Source of the DNA: the human T2T-CHM13v2.0 reference genome, Homo sapiens
Length of the DNA stretch: 64,000 nt
Strand: one strand, 5' to 3'
Assembly: GCF_009914755.1 (NCBI RefSeq)
Contig: NC_060935.1
Part shown: piece by piece, positions 57,145 through 64,000 of the stretch
Layout of the letters: each line of letters starts with the position of its first letter
How positions within the stretch are numbered: the stretch's first letter is position 1
Notes under the pieces: generated by a model
Database searches by the model: none
What the model saw: the letters and a program-made list of their open reading frames with translations, nothing else
What the model was told of the DNA's origin: nothing
Program-made: the position numbers and the translations under genes

Positions 57145-57645
57145 CTATTAGTTTCCTATTGCTATTGTAACAAATTACTACAAATTTAGCAGCTTAAAAC
57201 AATACAGATTTATTCTTACTATTCTGGAGGCCAGAAGTCCAGAATGGTGTTACTGGGCTAAAATCAAGGTGTTGGCAGGGCTATGTTCATTTCTGGAGCT
57301 CTGAGGGAGAATCCATTTTCTTCCTTTTACTAGCTTCCAGAGGTTGCCACATTCTTGGCTCACATCTGTCCCCCTTCCATCTTCAAAGCCAGAAATGGCT
57401 CATTAAATCTTTCTCCTATTGAGTTTCCTATCGGGTCTTTCTCTGACATTTGCTTCTGCCTCCCACTTCCACTTATAAGGACCCTTGTGATGACATTGGA
57501 CCGATCCAGGATAATGTCTTGGTCAGCAACCTTAATTTCATATGCAACCTTAATTCCCCTTTGCCATGTAAGATGACATATTCACAAGTTCCAGGGATTA
57601 CAACATGGACATCTTCAGAGAAGTGGGGGATTATTCTGCTTACAG
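57145..57645 (-). mobile_element. MLT1 (C/D-like) LTR
   Basis: tattagtttcctattgct...ggaggccagaagtcc...aaatcaaggtgttggcagggc. Confidence 0.8.
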
Positions 57646-57959
57646 CAAATAGCCTGGGTCTACTTTAGGTTGTGAGTTCTTTGGGGGCTGAGCTGTACTG
57701 TATTCATCCAGAGATTCCTTGGGAGCCATTCAGTGCCCAGTATGCACCAGATGTTTATAATTTATTCAATATATTTGTTCCTTCCTTCCCTCTCTCTTTC
57801 ACAGCGGTCCACCCCCATCATGGTCTGATAGCCCTCCCAACCTCTCTGGCCTCCCTGCCCATTGTCCCTCACAGGTGCTTCCCTTAGAAAGGAATGGTTC
57901 CATATCTGAAAATTAGCTTAGGTTTGAGAACCATTGACTAAAGAGCTGGCCAGCTCTCT

Positions 57960-59085
57960 AAGAGGAAGGACCTTGCAGAATTGCAGCAAGTATATGTCAC
58001 AATGATTCCTTCATTTTTTTCCCCCAAAGGGACCTATGGCCATTTAGGTAATCATTCACTAGAGAAATGGGGATAACAAGACATTTTGAGGAGTAGCAGA
58101 TGCAGAGTTTGAGTTAACATTAACACTTGGAGCCCAAAGCATCATCATGGCCCCTCTTTAAGAGGCCTTTTGGAGATCACTGTGATGTGATATGGCAGAA
58201 AAGTCTAGGGGCCTTCAGATGTCCAGTGTGTCAGCAAGAGAGGCCAATGCTGAGCCCCTGAAATGGCACTATTCCTTGAGACCAACTCATCACTTGGGGC
58301 AAGTCAACTGCATCAGGCCCTTTCAATTCTGGAAGGGCCAATGGTTCATCTCTACAGGGATAGAGACTTATTCTGGGCATGGGTTTGCCTTTCCTCACCA
58401 CAGAGCCTTAGTTAGCGTCACTTTCCAGGGATGTACAGAATGCCTGATCCAAAGGCATGGAATTCCACACAGCACAGCACTTAACTGGGGGACAGTATGA
58501 TAGCAAGGGTCCTATTGAACTATGTATGGTTTGCGGCTGCTGCAGGGCACTTGGGATTCTTCGTGCTCAGAAACCAGCAGACAAGAAGAGTCATCATACT
58601 GGCAGGGATAACTGACCCGGATCAACAGGAAGGGGCAAGGCTGCTTCTGGATAATGAGGGCAGGAGGAATGTGTGTGGAGCCCATGTGATCCACTGTGCA
58701 CCTCCAGGTAGCCCCACTGTAATTGTGAAAGGATATGCAGCAACCCTGAGAAGGGTTTGATTATTTAGCATTTATCCCCTTCCCTCCCCCTCCTCTCACC
58801 CCTAGAATGAAGGTTTGGCTCACACCACCAGGTAAGCCACCAACATCTGAGGAGGTTGTTGAGGGTCGGGGGAATTCGGAATAGATAGTGGACGAGGGAG
58901 AGAATGAAGGCCAGTTATGGCTCCAAGATTAACTTCATTGGTAGGGGCCGTAGTTAGTCCCACAGACCTCCTGCTTTCTTCTGAGTTCCCCTTGGGAATA
59001 GAGGCCCAAGGGAAATGGGGAGGAACTTCTCCCTGAACCTGGTGGAGAGTAAAGATCTGTGTGGCACAAGGGGTAGACTGTGATG
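57960..59085 (+). pseudogene. Degenerate ERV-L-type internal region: protease, integrase and dUTPase remnants, then polypurine tract
   Basis: DAEFELTL (cf. DTGSELTL) ~58099; CPVCQQERPMLSP at 58220; TGIETYSGHGFAFP...TECLIQRHGIPHS; GHLG...ILAGITDPDQQEGARLLLDN; PPT aaggggtagac|tg 59068-59080. Confidence 0.8.
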
Positions 59086-59132
59086 TTAACACTATAGTTG
59101 TAGTATATTTTAGACAGTTCAAATTATGACTC

Positions 59133-59838
<706 letters not shown>

Positions 59839-60190
59839 TAGCTGGCTGGAGTCTCAGAAAACCTTGGCATGCCTTAATATTTGAGAATCCCATTTCATTT
59901 CTTATTAATCTCTTGAGAGCAAAGAAAATCCTATAAATCCTGTCAGAGAATGTCAAGAGTTTGGACCCATGTTTTAGATAGTGACAACTGTCCTAGTGGC
60001 TTTTAAATAGCCATCCTGCACCTGCCATTTAGAATATTTATTTTTGCTCTCAGAAGATATTTAGAAACAAGCAAGGGAAAGGAGCCAAATCATTTACAGA
60101 TTCATGTAACCAAACCAAAATGAAACCAAGATAAGAATGTTCACAAAAATTTCAACCCAGGAATGTAGAAAAAATTAAATTATGCATGCA

Positions 60191-60633
60191 TTTATTAGTC
60201 AGGGTTCTCTAGAGGGACAGAACTAATAGGATAGATATATATAAAGGGCAGTTTAGTAAGTATTAACTCACATGATCACAAGGTCCCACAATAGGCTGTC
60301 TGCAAGCTGAGGAGCAAGGAGAGCCAGTCTGAGTCCCAAAGCTGAAGAACTTGGAGTCTGATGTTCAAGGGCAGGAAGCATCCAGCACGGGAGAAAGATG
60401 TAGGCTGGGAGACTAGGCCAGTCTCTCTTTTCACGTTTTTCTGCTTGCTTTATATTCTAGCCGCACTGGCAGCTAATTAGATGGTGCCCACCCAGATTAA
60501 GGGTGGGTCTGCCTTCCCCAGCCCACTGACTCAAATGTTAATCTCCTTTGGCAACACCCTCACAGACACACCCAGGATCAATACTTTGCATCCTTCAATC
60601 CAATCAAGTTGACACTCAGTATTAACCATCACA
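60191..60633 (-). mobile_element. MLT2A (HERV-L) solo LTR
   Basis: tattagtcagggttctctagagggacagaactaatagga...gttgacactcagtattaaccatcaca. Confidence 0.9.
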
Positions 60634-60835
60634 ACGAAGAAAGAAACAAAAGTGAATTTACCAGAGAAGTCATGTCTTGCAGAAAGAACGTGGATTCTGG
60701 AGAAACCAGAGTACTCAATCCAGAAAGACACTTGTCTTTAAACCAAAAAAGATAAAAAACCTTTTATCATTCCAGGAGAACGTACAGTCCTTTATTAAAG
60801 GTGGCTTTATAACGAAACCAAATCCTGAATAAAGT

Positions 60836-61460
60836 TGATATAGGAGGAGTTAAGAAATTAGGCAGATAGGGTAAGGAAGTCCTTGGTAAGGTTTTCCTTT
60901 TATGAAAAGTAGCTCCCAAATAATTTTCTTTTCTAACAAAGAGCAGCCTGTAAAATTGAGCTGCAGACATAAACAAGGAAGCTAGAAGTTTGCATGGGTG
61001 AATGCCAGCAGCTGTGCCAATAGGAAAAGGCTACCTGGGGCTAGGCATATCCAACATGACAGCTCCATCTTCCCTTCTCTTTGCTAGCCACGCATACCAT
61101 AAGAAGCAGACAAGATGGCACCAGCCAAGCAAAGACCTCATTTGCATAATAAGATTAGGGTGGTGCGGCCAGATTCCCTGGGCACTACGTAATGTCACAC
61201 CTGGTCCAACCAATCTTTGGGCCCTATGTAATCAATCACCTCCTCAAGCCTGTCTATAAAATCTGTGCACTCCACTGTGGGCCGGAAGTCCCATTTGGGA
61301 GCCCATCTCTCTTGAAGGACAGAGCTAGCTGTTCTTTCTCTTTCTTTTGCCTAGTAAACCTCTGCTCTTAAACTCACTCCTTGTGTGTGTCTGTGTCCTT
61401 AATTTTCTTGGCACGAGGCAATGAACCTCGGGTATTACCTTAGACAACAACTCCTGTTCA
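60836..61460 (+). mobile_element. MER50-like ERV1 solo LTR
   Basis: tgata...ttaggcagatag...ctaacaaagagcagcctg...gaatgccagcagctgtgccaataggaaaaggctacctggggg...ttca; 4-bp TSD aagt. Confidence 0.8.
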
Positions 61461-61641
61461 AAGTCAAGAGCTTCTACCAAAAAGGGAGAGGCTTGGCCTG
61501 AGAGAAAATGCACCAGGGCAGAAAATGTGAGCCATAGAAACAGAGTGCTCAAAGGGCTCAGGCGAGTATTGCACACTAGTTCCAAGAGTCACGAATTGCT
61601 TCTGATATTCTTTTTCAGGTCCTGCTTCTGGACACCATTTA

Positions 61642-62823
<1,182 letters not shown>

Positions 62824-63254
62824 TTGACAACCATGAAAAGATTTCTCTCAGATCTCTGACTGCAGGGACTGTCATTGACTATTGGCCTCAGCTGGTATAT
62901 TCTGAAATCTATTACTGTGTTTCCACCAAAACCATGCTTCCCATGGACTGCTCCTAGCCAATGATTGAGCATGGTGGGGATCCTAGGAAGGCCCATTCTT
63001 GGAATATGTGGGATTCCCCTGATGGCTCAAGGACTTCTTATCTGCCTTGCTGAACTTCCTTAGAACTGCACTGCACTCCAAGTCTCCTCCACTCATCTTT
63101 GCTTCCCTTTCTTTTTCACAAGGATTACACCAGCATCATCGTCTCTTGGCTCTTCCAGCCTCCCCAGAGTTCCTGCCTATCAGGCATCTGCTTCTCAGAG
63201 GACTGAGACACATTCCTGTTACTCCAAGAACAATTCTGTTACCAAGGACCAATG

Positions 63255-63390
63255 CTGTGGTCCGTGGACCAGCAGCACTGGCCTCATTAGAAATGCAGAA
63301 TGTCAAGCCCCACCCCAAACCTACTGAATCAGAATCTCATTTTAACAAGATGATTCATGTATGCATTACAATTTGAGATGCACTGATTTA
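63255..63390. mobile_element. MER5-type fragment
   Basis: gtggtccgtggaccagcagca...ttagaaatgcagaat...cctactgaatcagaatct. Confidence 0.7.
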
Positions 63391-63689
63391 GATGATTTGG
63401 ATTTTTCAGCAAATCCTTTAAATCTCAGTTTGGAAACTGAGTCCTTGCCAAGGTAAATATTTGGAATCACAAAGTAACAGATCATCTGCGTCCTGCATTT
63501 TTATAAGTCAAAGCCCAGCAAAGTTAAGGGACTGGTTCAAGGTCATAGATTACATTAGAAGAAAGCCAGCACTAGAAGCCAGGTCTCTTGCCACCCAGCT
63601 CTTCCCTACCCCGGCAGGCTCTGCTGTGAGCAGGCTATTTGCTGTAAATATGCATTGTTTAGTGTGGTAGCAGTGGAAATAAGGCTAGT

Positions 63690-64000
63690 TGTGGTAGAGT
63701 ACAAAATATATTTGTTCTTTGTTCTGGGTTCCTGGCGCACAGTGTCTAAAACCCTAGAAATTCCCTAAGTGATAGTTTGTTATTCCTAACACACCCCACC
63801 CTTTAGGAGTATCTTTTGCTATTCATAACTGCCCTTCACAACACCTGAGTTTATGCTAACAAGGTGATTCAGGGTGGGGTCCCTAGCTAGGTTAAGGATG
63901 TGGGCTGGTCATCTGAAAGACCAAACAAGTGAATAGAGGGTGGGAACTTTCAGCCACCCCCAACCTCGGGGGAGGGAGGGTTACTGGAGACTGGGTTGTA
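63690..64000 (+). mobile_element. MER21C-like ERVL LTR (runs off the window)
   Basis: gttcctggc.cacag..ctaaaaccct...acacctgagtttatgctaa...agagggtgggaactttcagcc. Confidence 0.7.

Overview
Human (or very close primate) genomic DNA containing the 3' two-thirds of SWAP70 (switch-associated protein 70) on the + strand. Ten GT-AG exons (numbered 3-12 from the known gene) splice into one continuous frame covering residues ~81-585, including the PH domain and the C-terminal coiled coil. The stop codon is at 38657-38659 and is followed by a ~3 kb 3'UTR with an Alu and several poly(A) signals. About 5 kb downstream lies a CpG island with promoter motifs; from recall of the 11p15.4 locus, this is where the lncRNAs SBF2-AS1 and LINC02709 start, which the sequence alone cannot confirm. 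The rest is mostly transposon-derived: about 30 Alus, L1PA/L1M, L2/MIR, MaLR/ERV LTRs and hAT/Tc-mariner MITEs. I see no convincing previously undescribed biological system. The best second-look items are a compact ERV-L protease-integrase-dUTPase fossil, a four-level nested ERV stack, inverted Alus bracketing the last coding exon, a 3'UTR tandem duplication between two miR-145 sites, two neighbouring Alus sharing private mutations, and the Glu505 allele.
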